Assembly: GCA_944362965.1 (NCBI GenBank)
Contig: CALVTR010000001.1
Location: 90,529 to 154,528 of the forward strand
From: an uncultured Clostridia bacterium
GTDB lineage: Bacteria > Bacillota > Clostridia > Christensenellales > UBA1242
Length of the DNA: 64,000 nucleotides
Reading direction: 5' to 3'
The number at the start of each line of letters is the position of its first letter. The first letter of the stretch is position 1. The notes under the pieces are model-generated. The model saw only the letters and a list, made by a program, of their open reading frames with translations. It did not search any database and was not told the DNA's origin. Shown here in pieces: positions 37,898 to 46,693 of the stretch. A program made the position numbers and the translations under genes.

Positions 37898-39409
37898 TTA
37901 AACTCTTTGATAGAAAAGTATCAAAGACGTGTCATCTGCAAGTGGGAAAGCAACGTCCGCGTTTTGAGTGACAATCTGCTCTTCTTTAACTTTCACACTC
38001 TTTGCAATCTCCCATAGCTCCTGACCAGCACGTGCAAAGACAACTTCCATAGCGTAATCTCTTGGTGGATACTCTTCGGTTTCCACAGCTTCAGTGATTA
38101 CTGCTGAGAGTTTGTCATAGCAGCAATTTACGCAAGCTTTGACCTTTGCATCATAGAAAAGTTCTCTACCCTTTTTAACCGCAACGTCAACGTCATCAGC
38201 GATTGCATCAACAACCAATATTCCACCTTCAGGGCAAGAAAATTTGTCAGAAATTGTGAACGGCACATCAATTTGAGCAGAATATAGTGCATTATCTTCG
38301 TCATTTAGATATACCACTGTGGTCTTTGCAATGCCTTCGATAAATATCTCGCCATCATTTATATAGCTGTTTGTCACTGTGACAGCGTTGCCGCCGCTGA
38401 ATAAAATCTTATCAACTCTTGGTTTATCTTCATCAAGCACAAGTGAGCCTTCAATCTTGCCTTCCACAACTTCCATAGGGCAAACATAGCTGTTATCAAA
38501 AGACTCAGTTGTAACTTTGATATCACTCTTTGTGCTATAAAGGTCTTGCACAACCATCAAACTCTCTTCGCTATAGGCTGTCGCATGAAGCTCAATAGGA
38601 ACTTTTATGGCTATCTTGCAACCTTTTTCATCTTCAACAATCTCTGCTGTAACATTTTCTTGTTTAACCTCGCCGCGTCCTTCCACAAGACTATCACGAG
38701 TCGTTCCTTCTATCTCAAGCTCTTCTTTGAACGTGTCGTAAACATATCCACTTTCAAACTTGTCGTTATCATTTAAAAATATCACTCTTGTGGAAACTTC
38801 GCCGCTCATTGTCACAAAATTGACACCACTTTCCACAGATTTTACTAGCACATTGCTTTCAGATAAGATGATTTTCTTGACCTTGTCACGAATGTTGATT
38901 TCACTTGACACTTCTATGCTTTCACTTGCATGACCTATAAATCTTACAACATTGATTTCGTCATTTTTCAGACAAACATCATCGTCGTTACTTCTTATAC
39001 TGTGCACTTCTTTATTGCAAGCGACAAAACCTGATTGCTGCACGCTGACAACTATTTTAATATTTTCGCCATTTATGCTATCAATGTTGTAGTCAATAAT
39101 CTTTAATTTTATATCAGCAAAGCAGCCATTTTCTATATTCTCACTTTCAAACTTGGAAGAAAATGGGCAGGTTGAACAAACTGTGTTTAATTGTCCATCT
39201 TCTGACAAGAACACAATCTTGGTGTCAATAACGCCAGAATAGTTTATCACCCCATTTAAAGTTTCACTGCTTGACAGGTGACTCCCAAGCGAAACTGACA
39301 AAACTTTTGCGACATTTTCCCCTGCACTGACATTGCATTCAACAGAAAATTCGCTTTTTGCTAAACAATATTTTTTAGCCACATTAAAATTATTTGTTTC
39401 AAATGCCAT
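37898..39409 (-). CDS. SipL-like spore morphogenesis protein (repeated beta-rich domain plus LysM-like C-terminus)
   Basis: The size, the repetitive domain and the C-terminal LysM-like segment (GQELWEIAKSVKVKEEQIVTQN) resemble clostridial SipL/DUF3794 proteins. The start is taken at MAFETNN after GGAGGG. Confidence 0.55.
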   Translation of the reverse strand: MAFETNNFNVAKKYCLAKSEFSVECNVSAGENVAKVLSVSLGSHLSSSETLNGVINYSGVIDTKIVFLSEDGQLNTVCSTCPFSSKFESENIENGCFADIKLKIIDYNIDSINGENIKIVVSVQQSGFVACNKEVHSIRSNDDDVCLKNDEINVVRFIGHASESIEVSSEINIRDKVKKIILSESNVLVKSVESGVNFVTMSGEVSTRVIFLNDNDKFESGYVYDTFKEELEIEGTTRDSLVEGRGEVKQENVTAEIVEDEKGCKIAIKVPIELHATAYSEESLMVVQDLYSTKSDIKVTTESFDNSYVCPMEVVEGKIEGSLVLDEDKPRVDKILFSGGNAVTVTNSYINDGEIFIEGIAKTTVVYLNDEDNALYSAQIDVPFTISDKFSCPEGGILVVDAIADDVDVAVKKGRELFYDAKVKACVNCCYDKLSAVITEAVETEEYPPRDYAMEVVFARAGQELWEIAKSVKVKEEQIVTQNADVAFPLADDTSLILFYQRV

Positions 39410-39531
39410 CTTACCCTCCAACATTTACAAGATATAACTACTCACTGATGCTAGAAAATATGACTAAAAAGTTTAAAAAGTTTTAATTTTGTCAATAATC
39501 GTTTTAACAAGCAGATTCAAGGAGAAAAAAA

Positions 39532-39759
39532 ATGAAAAGAAATATATTAAATATAGAAGATATAAAACTTAAGATTTTATCATTAAAAGGCGAAGAGGTT
39601 GAGATGAAATATAATCGCGGACGCAAAAAGTTTGACACTATAAGCGGAACAATAAAGGACGTCTACCCTAGCGTGTTCACGGTCAGCGTCAATGGGCAGT
39701 CCCAAGTGCAAACCTTTTCCTACTACGACGTCCTTTGCGGAAATGTTATAATTTTGTAA
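39532..39759 (+). CDS. veg: Veg family protein
   Basis: 75 aa. LKGEEVEMKYNRGRKKF...GTIKDVYPSVFTV...FSYYDVLCGNV matches Veg. Confidence 0.88.
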   Translation: MKRNILNIEDIKLKILSLKGEEVEMKYNRGRKKFDTISGTIKDVYPSVFTVSVNGQSQVQTFSYYDVLCGNVIIL

Positions 39760-39833
39760 ATAGATAAACCATACTTTTTCATTTATTTTACTGCTAAAGC
39801 TAAAGTTTCAAAAACATTTATTAAACAAAATAT

Positions 39834-39861
39834 AAAAAGGCAACCTTTGGTTACCTTTTTT
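39834..39861. terminator. terminator between convergent genes
   Basis: AAGGCAACC/GGTTACCTT stem with one mismatch, followed by T6. Confidence 0.6.
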
Positions 39862-39880
39862 ATAAATTGCAAATATTTTT

Positions 39881-40861
39881 CTAAGCCACTTCACCTATAT
39901 CTATAGTGACATTTTTTGTTATTTTACAAGTCAATATACTTTCATCGTCTGCTGTCGATGTTTCTATCTCATCATTTTCAACAGCGTGAGCAGTGATGTC
40001 GTAATCTACTTCGTCTGATGGCGTGACAATAGCCGTTGCATTTGTTGATGAAGCCGTGCTTGGGGATGAAGAAGCTTGCACATATGAAAGATATCCAATA
40101 ATCGCAGTGCCATTTGCATAAACAGTATATGAGTGAACATATCTACGTGGCTCTACGGAACTAGAATTTTCTTCCTGAGTTGAAACTTCATCTTGGAAAG
40201 GATTAGAAGCAAGTGTGAGATATAAATTAGAGCTTACATAAACTTCTGCACTGCCTTTTTCTTCAATAGTATAATACATTGAACTTCCTAAATCAGTTTT
40301 GAAACAAATCTCAATATCGCTCCTATAATTATTTATAGTAACCTTATACATAGTCGTTTCTGACAATTCTATGAAAATATTATTTAAGCTTATTGTTGTT
40401 GAGCTTGTTGCTTGAATATTAATATATATTGTGCCAGAAACCCCATCATATGTTGCTACTTCAGAAATTGGAACACCATCACCAGCTATTGTTCCGCTGA
40501 CGGTTAATGTTGCATTTGATATGTTAGATTGACTGCTTGCACTGTATGCTGTTGTGGTTGTATTGACAACATCTATTGCAACAGTTACTTTCCCACTATC
40601 TGTTAAAACTGTGCCGATATCAAGATCAAAGCTGTCTTGAACAAAGCCTGGAAAGAAATTTCCCATAGTCTGACCATCTGTCATGTCGGTGGATATCCTT
40701 ATGTCTTTTACATACAACGTTGAACCTTCTATATTAAATTGCACATTTCCTTTTAAATTTATGGTTATGTTACCAGTTACAGCCAAAACTCCCACCAAAA
40801 GCATACTAAATACTAACACAAAAGCTGAAATCATAGATACTAATTTTACTTTTAAACTCAT
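39881..40861 (-). CDS. secreted surface protein paralog without LRRs (locus 3)
   Basis: The N-terminal MSLKVKLVSMISAFVLVFSMLLVGVLAVTG and the following beta-rich domain (LYVKDIRIS...FFPGFV) are homologous to loci 1 and 2. The C-terminal part is Ser/Thr-rich. Confidence 0.8.
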   Translation of the reverse strand: MSLKVKLVSMISAFVLVFSMLLVGVLAVTGNITINLKGNVQFNIEGSTLYVKDIRISTDMTDGQTMGNFFPGFVQDSFDLDIGTVLTDSGKVTVAIDVVNTTTTAYSASSQSNISNATLTVSGTIAGDGVPISEVATYDGVSGTIYINIQATSSTTISLNNIFIELSETTMYKVTINNYRSDIEICFKTDLGSSMYYTIEEKGSAEVYVSSNLYLTLASNPFQDEVSTQEENSSSVEPRRYVHSYTVYANGTAIIGYLSYVQASSSPSTASSTNATAIVTPSDEVDYDITAHAVENDEIETSTADDESILTCKITKNVTIDIGEVA

Positions 40862-40926
40862 CTTTTCACTCCTTTTCTTTTTTATTTTTAGTTAAAGCTT
40901 TGTGAACATAGCTACGTGCTTTGCCC

Positions 40927-41032
40927 GTGCCTTAAGAAAACGTGCGAATTTTTAATTCGCACAGGCTGCAAATATTTGCAGCCTAAGAAACTCATTCGAG
41001 TTTCTGTTTTCTTAAGGCGCGGCCAAAGCCGC
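40927..41032 (-). promoter_or_regulatory. structured 5' leader of locus 3 (four-way junction plus GC hairpin)
   Basis: A 15-bp outer stem (40927-40941 / 41006-41020, one T-G pair) encloses hairpins at 40942-40962, 40963-40984 and 40986-41005, with 0-1 nt linkers. A GCGGC-CAAA-GCCGC hairpin lies at 41019-41032. Confidence 0.6.
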
Positions 41033-41076
41033 AGCCTATCCATTAAGAATAGAATATTATATCTTAATTCTCTTCT

Positions 41077-41103
41077 ATTATACCCCCCCGCAACCCACGT
41101 CAA
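41077..41103 (-). promoter_or_regulatory. promoter P3 with a G7 tract in the spacer
   Basis: Minus strand reads TTGACG (41098-41103), TGGGTTGC, G7 (41083-41089), then TATAAT (41077-41082), giving a 15-nt spacer. The upstream ~35 nt are identical to P1. Confidence 0.65.
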
Positions 41104-41349
41104 GCAAATTTAACAAATTTTTAAAAATTTTTTAAATTTTTTTATATTTTTTTATATTTTTTATTATTTTTATTATTTTTATTATTTGTATTATTAAAAA
41201 ATATTATACTCGATTTATATATCAAAAATCCAAATTAAACAAACATGGGTGCAAATAAAAAATATTACAAAGACATTTCATTGTGCTTTCTGTGTTTAAA
41301 AAAACCCAAAATTCTTGCTTTCTATAAACTTTTATACGCAAAGTTGACA

Positions 41350-41377
41350 CAAAAAAATAATGCCATTTCGGCATTAT
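41350..41377 (-). terminator. terminator of the coupling-protein gene
   Basis: ATAATGCC/GGCATTAT stem directly after the stop codon, with a T-run on the minus strand. Confidence 0.7.
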
Positions 41378-41378
41378 T

Positions 41379-43388
41379 TTAATTATCATTAAGAACAATG
41401 GCATTTCTTCTATCAATGTCGTAGAAGATTTTATCAACCTCAAGTTTTTTAGAAATTCCCATAGGTTCAGGAGCTGATGACTTAACCATACATTTAGTTG
41501 CATAGAACGGTGTCATGGTGTCCATCATGATTTCCTTTCTGAATATCTTTGCAACAACCGTCCATTGTTTAAGCTGTCTTAATTGTTGTTTATCAAGCAG
41601 CGGTCTGCGTGTTCGCTGAACAGAAGTCGAGATATTTTCTCCAGAATCTGATTCTTTTGTATTACGCGACCTATTCTCTTCTTCGTGGAATACCGTTGTT
41701 TCACCGCAGGCTTCTGAGAAGGCTTGAATAGTTGACGGGTCTTCTGAGCCTAAGAACACTTCCATCTGGAAGTTACCACGAATGTTTTGAGCTTCATCAG
41801 CACCATACTTAATATCAAGTTGTTTATATGATTGAAGAACTATTTCAAAGAACACGTTTCTTGAACGAGCAACTGTAACCATAGTTCCAAACTTAGGAAC
41901 AGGTGGCATATTACCAAACTCATCAAGAATGAAATATACAGGACGTTTAAGTTTTCCTGTCTTGCCATTCTTAGGATTTACTGTTCTGTTTGCGACATCG
42001 ACAAGCACCTTATAGAGCTGACTTATACAAAGCACGCCTAGTGGGTGACGTTCAGTTTTGTGGTCTGGAATACGAATGAAGAATGCTGTTGGACGTTCTG
42101 GGATATCTTCAAAATCAATATCCGTTCCGCTTGTCATATAGAAGATACCTTCGTCGCCGAGCATATTACCAATAGAAGAGCCAAGTGTTGAAATAAATGA
42201 CCTTTGTGTAACAGGGCTGGCAAGACAAACTGTTGACATAAGGTCATGCACGGTGCTAAGTCTTGGGTCTCTGCCTTCGCTATATTTTGTCAAAGTTTTA
42301 AGAGCATTTTCTCTATCACCCGCAGGATCACGGCGCATACAAATCTTATATAGATTATAGAAATTAAATTTGTCAAGAGTCATGCCCAGTCTCGGGTCGC
42401 GGCTATCTTCAAGCATACCTTCCATAATACCAAGAATAAAGTCACGACAACCATCAGGCCACATCTTATCTTTGGCATTAGGATCATCTGGAATAAGAGA
42501 AAGCGAAATGTTTTTTAAGTTAGATTTTGCTTCATCTTCAAGTTGAACACGTCTTGCTTCAAGTTCCTGTTGAAGGATGTCGTTATTTGGGAAAGCTTTT
42601 CCTTCAAAACCAAACCAAGTGTCGCCATAGGTTGCTCCACCAATTTGATCTGGCGAAAATCTTTTATAGCCCATCTCTTCAGGGGTTGCATTGCTTATCT
42701 TCTTTACTTCTTTTGCAAGATTTCCTGCTCTTTCATAAGTTTTATAAGCAATTTCCATAGGATTCCAACGTGATGACGCATAAGGATTTTCAAGGTTTAG
42801 AACGATAATATTATAGCCTTCTTCTCTTAAAGCGTTTGCATTATCGGCGTAAAGTTCGCCCTTAGGGTCAGTCATAACAAGGCTAGGCTTTTGCCCAGTG
42901 TGAGCAAGTATTCTAATTGTTGGATTTGCGAAAATCTGTGTCTTACCAGTACCAGTAGTACCTAAAACCAATGCGTGAGTTTCAGGTTTCATATTGACTT
43001 CATAATGCCCGCCAACTTCCTTATTTCTAAAAACAAAGCCTGTTTTCTTAAGCGATGGAAGATTGTTCCATGTTGAAAAGATAAGGTCTGGGTCAGTGCG
43101 TAATCTTTCAGTTGTGATAAATTTAGAGTCAAAGTTGATATCAGTCTTTTCGCCTTCAGCCGTAGTTCCAACATTAGAGCCCATACCTTTTTTCTCTTTT
43201 GATAAGAGCGCTGTGCATAGTCCTGCAATAACGCCTATCGCAAGCATAGCAAGTGATATAACATTGACAAGTGCATCCGTTATCTCTCTTGTGCCTTCTT
43301 GGGTAAAATAAGAAATTGCAACACCAATTCCATAACCAAGAATGCCAAATACCAACATTAAAATGACACTAAGCTTGAATTTCTTCAT
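41379..43388 (-). CDS. VirD4/TraG-type type IV coupling protein (membrane-anchored P-loop ATPase)
   Basis: Two N-terminal TM helices, Walker A LGTTGTGKTQ, the DPKGEL motif and Walker B YFILDEFGNM. Confidence 0.85.
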   Translation of the reverse strand: MKKFKLSVILMLVFGILGYGIGVAISYFTQEGTREITDALVNVISLAMLAIGVIAGLCTALLSKEKKGMGSNVGTTAEGEKTDINFDSKFITTERLRTDPDLIFSTWNNLPSLKKTGFVFRNKEVGGHYEVNMKPETHALVLGTTGTGKTQIFANPTIRILAHTGQKPSLVMTDPKGELYADNANALREEGYNIIVLNLENPYASSRWNPMEIAYKTYERAGNLAKEVKKISNATPEEMGYKRFSPDQIGGATYGDTWFGFEGKAFPNNDILQQELEARRVQLEDEAKSNLKNISLSLIPDDPNAKDKMWPDGCRDFILGIMEGMLEDSRDPRLGMTLDKFNFYNLYKICMRRDPAGDRENALKTLTKYSEGRDPRLSTVHDLMSTVCLASPVTQRSFISTLGSSIGNMLGDEGIFYMTSGTDIDFEDIPERPTAFFIRIPDHKTERHPLGVLCISQLYKVLVDVANRTVNPKNGKTGKLKRPVYFILDEFGNMPPVPKFGTMVTVARSRNVFFEIVLQSYKQLDIKYGADEAQNIRGNFQMEVFLGSEDPSTIQAFSEACGETTVFHEEENRSRNTKESDSGENISTSVQRTRRPLLDKQQLRQLKQWTVVAKIFRKEIMMDTMTPFYATKCMVKSSAPEPMGISKKLEVDKIFYDIDRRNAIVLNDN

Positions 43389-43565
43389 ACAACTCCCCCA
43401 ATATAATTTGTTCCTTCTTTACAAAAAATATAAGAAAAAACAATCTTTTCATAATTAAAATAACACTTTTAGTGAGTTTTGTCAATTAAATATGGTTACT
43501 ATAATAATAATTTTAAAATGATACTATTAATACCCTTTTTTGCTAAATAACTTTTTAGTAGTCAA

Positions 43566-43600
43566 TTAAAAATGGCACTTTTTACTTAGTGCCATTTTTA
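43566..43600 (-). terminator. terminator after the 163-aa membrane protein gene
   Basis: AATGGCACT/AGTGCCATT 9-bp stem. Confidence 0.6.
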
Positions 43601-43612
43601 TTTATTATAAAG

Positions 43613-44104
43613 TTAATTTATTTCAACTTCGTCATCTTCAAGAGGTTTGTTAATTTTTTGTTCGCCTTTGTTTTCAGCAATTTTCATACTCATTTGAGCA
43701 CCAAAAAGTGCTATAGTAGAAATAAGTCCTGCACCCATTCCGCCCAATAATCCAATGGAAAATACACTTTGACTTGCATATGAAGCATTGTATTGATTTA
43801 AAACATCGGTTGGGACAGAAGTGTCTGCATTCATGTAATCATGAACATTTAAATTTTTTAAGTTGTCTATCTCACTTTGATATTCTTGTGATGTAATCTC
43901 GCCATTGTTATACTGTTGATTAAGGTCGTCAATCTGCACTTGTTTATACAAAATATTAGCATTTTCATAATTTGTTTTTGACTTTGCATCTTCTTGAATC
44001 CCTGCATTTATTAAACAACCGATAAATGAAGCACCCAAAATCGTGGCTCCAACAAACAACCCAATTTTTGCAATTTTTAGTATTTTTTCACTCTTTTTTA
44101 TCAT
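43613..44104 (-). CDS. two-TM membrane protein, unknown function
   Basis: Hydrophobic segments at the N- and C-termini with a polar Q/N-rich middle. Confidence 0.55.
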   Translation of the reverse strand: MIKKSEKILKIAKIGLFVGATILGASFIGCLINAGIQEDAKSKTNYENANILYKQVQIDDLNQQYNNGEITSQEYQSEIDNLKNLNVHDYMNADTSVPTDVLNQYNASYASQSVFSIGLLGGMGAGLISTIALFGAQMSMKIAENKGEQKINKPLEDDEVEIN

Positions 44105-44329
44105 ACTATCTCCTATACTTAAATTTTAACATACAATGGTGTATTTGTCAATATACACATTTTTAAAAATTATCACTATTTGTTTTAAAAATAAAAAAAG
44201 TCAAACAGCATCATTTATCTCCACTAATTTAATAAGAGTATCCTTTTTTGCTATTTGACTTTAAACATAAATTTTAATTCTAATATATTTAGTTTTTAAT
44301 TCTAATATATTTTAGTTTATAAATAGAAA

Positions 44330-45040
44330 TTATATAAGTTTTATTAGTGTGTAGCCTGTTCGCCACTCATAATTTTTGCTTAGCAAATTGAAGGCTTGAG
44401 CTTCTCCCATTCCGCCTAATTTTAAAGATGTATGTTTGTCATAAGGCGTGGAAGAGAGTATTCTTAATGCTGAATAGCAGGCATCGCTAACCGCTATACA
44501 CGACGAAGTTTTGCAAGCAGGACATACAAGCTCACCGATATCAAGGTTGAGATATCTGCTTCCTAAAGTTGCTCCACATGATGAACATTTATCTGTTATA
44601 AAACTGCAACCCATTGCACTAAAAATATCTAGTAAGAATTTGTCAATCACATAAAATTTTTTCACATCTTCGTAACAAAGCGTTTCAAGTGCTTTAATTA
44701 TTGTTATAAATAGTTGCGGGTCGGGTTCTTTAACCACTTTATCAACTATATCTAAAATAGCACAAGCTTCATAATATTTCTCTATATTCTTTGAAAGGTC
44801 ATAGAAAGAATCAATTATAGAAACAGACGTCACTATATTTGCATTTTTTGTTGTCTCAATTATAAATTCACCGAAACAAAATATCTCTTTTGCTGATTTC
44901 AATTTTGCCTTATCACCGCGAACACCACGCATAGACACAACCATCTTGCCCTGTTCTAAGCTGTATAAGTGCAAGAGTTTGTCTTTGTCTTTAACGTTTG
45001 CCGCACGAATAACTATTGCTTTGACTTTTGTAGATGCCAT
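44330..45040 (-). CDS. recO: DNA repair protein RecO
   Basis: N-terminal OB-fold pattern (KAIVIRAANVKDKDKLLHLYS) and a C-terminal CxxC...CxxC zinc motif. Confidence 0.88.
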   Translation of the reverse strand: MASTKVKAIVIRAANVKDKDKLLHLYSLEQGKMVVSMRGVRGDKAKLKSAKEIFCFGEFIIETTKNANIVTSVSIIDSFYDLSKNIEKYYEACAILDIVDKVVKEPDPQLFITIIKALETLCYEDVKKFYVIDKFLLDIFSAMGCSFITDKCSSCGATLGSRYLNLDIGELVCPACKTSSCIAVSDACYSALRILSSTPYDKHTSLKLGGMGEAQAFNLLSKNYEWRTGYTLIKLI

Positions 45041-45041
45041 A

Positions 45042-45278
45042 TTAGTTCAGTTCTGGCTCCTCTTGGTCAATTTCATGTTGGGAATCTTGCAAAATAGTTT
45101 CTTCGCTCTGCTTAGCCTTCTCTTCTTCGTATTCTCTTAAAAGTGTGGTATATTTCTCGTAGTATTCAATAAGCAAACGGCAATCTTGGCAGTCCATAGT
45201 CACACTTGTGATATCTGTCCAACAACTCAACCATTCATCATGTGCAGCCTTCACTTGCTGTTCAAGAGTATTTGCCAT
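45042..45278 (-). CDS. hypothetical small acidic protein upstream of recO
   Basis: 78-aa ORF whose stop abuts the recO start. Confidence 0.5.
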   Translation of the reverse strand: MANTLEQQVKAAHDEWLSCWTDITSVTMDCQDCRLLIEYYEKYTTLLREYEEEKAKQSEETILQDSQHEIDQEEPELN

Positions 45279-45520
45279 AATCCCCTCCTGTTAGTTTTAG
45301 TATATACCAAAAATTTTAAAATCTGCAACAAAATTTAAGGGGATTTTAAAAATTCTTTGTCAGTTTTTAATGCTAAACTTTTAGGCAAAAATAGATAATT
45401 TCGTTAAAAATATATTAAAAATCATTTAAATTTAAACTAAAAGTGATAATTTAATAATCACCTTTTAAAAAATCGTTTATAGCTATGCAAAACTTTAAGA
45501 CATCAAAGTCACCAGAAACT

Positions 45521-46042
45521 CTAGTTTATCTTTTGAATGGTCACACTGCCACTATTCACAAGTTGTGGATTTGAATTTGTGTTTCTTATTGTTATAGCGC
45601 CCGTTGGAGCAGTTATTTGAACAAATGTGCTACCCGATACAGATGCCCCACTTCCTATTGTTCCAGAAGCAACCGCTGCTGAAGCTGGCAAAATATTCCC
45701 ATCTAAATATATGGCGTAACTGTTAAGTCCATTTGCGGAAATAACACCACTCAAGTTATAACTTACAAGGTATCTTCCGTTTATAAGAGTGAATGTGCCT
45801 GCATTGTCGTAGCTGATGGCACTCCCTTGACTGAAAGAAATGGTTGGAATAACATTTCCACCTGACGCAACTGTTTGCGGCGACGCGATTTCACTTATTG
45901 TATTTGACGCTTCTATAACAGGGTTGACTATTATGTTGCCAGATTGATTGAAAAGTGAAATGAAGTTTTGAAAACAGGTAAAAATAGGTCTTGGATAACT
46001 GCAACCTGTGAAACACTGGTTGAAATTTAAATTACAAGGCAT
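45521..46042 (-). CDS. hypothetical protein, possibly BclA-C-terminal (C1q/TNF-like) fold
   Basis: Cys-rich N-terminus. The C-terminal beta-rich segment (GTFTLINGRYLVSYNLSG...ITIRNTNS) is reminiscent of exosporium BclA C-terminal domains. This is a weak call. Confidence 0.4.
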   Translation of the reverse strand: MPCNLNFNQCFTGCSYPRPIFTCFQNFISLFNQSGNIIVNPVIEASNTISEIASPQTVASGGNVIPTISFSQGSAISYDNAGTFTLINGRYLVSYNLSGVISANGLNSYAIYLDGNILPASAAVASGTIGSGASVSGSTFVQITAPTGAITIRNTNSNPQLVNSGSVTIQKIN

Positions 46043-46409
46043 AATGTTCTCCTTAAATCACAGCCCTAATACATTATATTAAAAGGAAAGATATTTGTAT
46101 CAAAATTTTATTTAAAACATATATAGACATAAAGATACTGCAAATCTTAAAACAAATTTGCCATTCTTATTACACTGAAAAACTAAACAGGAAGAAAGCC
46201 AAGTGCATTTTTGAAAAACATTAACGTTTTATTTTGAATTACTATCTGTCTCAGCCTTGCAAGTAAGTTCGACTTTCAATATTATGATAACGAACAAAAT
46301 CATAACTTTGCCTCGTCCGCCCTAATATAATATAGGTTTTTAACTTATCTTTCAACATTAGTAAAAAATATTACAATAGAAAAAATATTAAATAAATTTA
46401 GAAAAATAG

Positions 46410-46438
46410 TTGACAAATACTTATAATTTTGGTATAGT
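46410..46438 (+). promoter_or_regulatory. sigmaA promoter for tRNA-Val
   Basis: TTGACA (46410-46415), a 17-nt spacer, then TATAGT (46433-46438). Confidence 0.6.
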
Positions 46439-46505
46439 AATAAGGCAAGCTTAATAAAGGTTTATAGTAGATGAAATCAAAAAAGCTTTGCAGAAAACTA
46501 AAAAC

Positions 46506-46581
46506 GGAAGTTTAGCTCAGCTGGGAGAGCATCTGCCTTACAAGCAGAGGGTCATAGGTTCGAGCCCTATAACTTCCACCA
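46506..46581 (+). tRNA. tRNA-Val (anticodon UAC) with encoded CCA
   Basis: Acceptor stem GGAAGTT/AACTTCC, D-loop AGCTCAGCTGGGAGAGC, anticodon loop CTTACAA, T-arm GGTTCGAGCCC and a 3' ACCA. Confidence 0.95.
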
Positions 46582-46586
46582 TGTTA

Positions 46587-46617
46587 AAATCATACTACAT
46601 ATAGTGGTATGATTTTT
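46587..46617 (+). terminator. tRNA terminator
   Basis: 12-bp stem AAATCATACTAC/GTGGTATGATTT followed by a T-run. Confidence 0.8.
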
Positions 46618-46693
46618 ATTTTATCACTATATATAGTGTCTTTAAAAATTTAGGAACATTTTAGGAACAAAAATAAAAAATAAGGGAAAGATT

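Noticed and set aside
40912-41113. Mirror-image ORFs on both strands (40912-41103 - and 40916-41113 +).
   Set aside because: They are artefacts of the palindromic leader and promoter region of locus 3.
41222-41503. A 93-aa minus-strand ORF overlapping the 3' end of the coupling-protein gene.
   Set aside because: It is out of frame with a well-supported gene, spans that gene's terminator, and has no RBS.
41379-43388. The coupling protein as evidence of an intact conjugative element.
   Set aside because: I recognised no relaxase, VirB4-like ATPase, channel genes, oriT-like nick region or integrase nearby. It is reported only as an orphan.
44272-44315. A tandem 21/23-bp duplication (TTTTAATTCTAATATATTTAG x2) downstream of recO.
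   Set aside because: There are only two copies in AT-rich terminator-proximal DNA, with no associated feature. It is most likely a slippage duplication.
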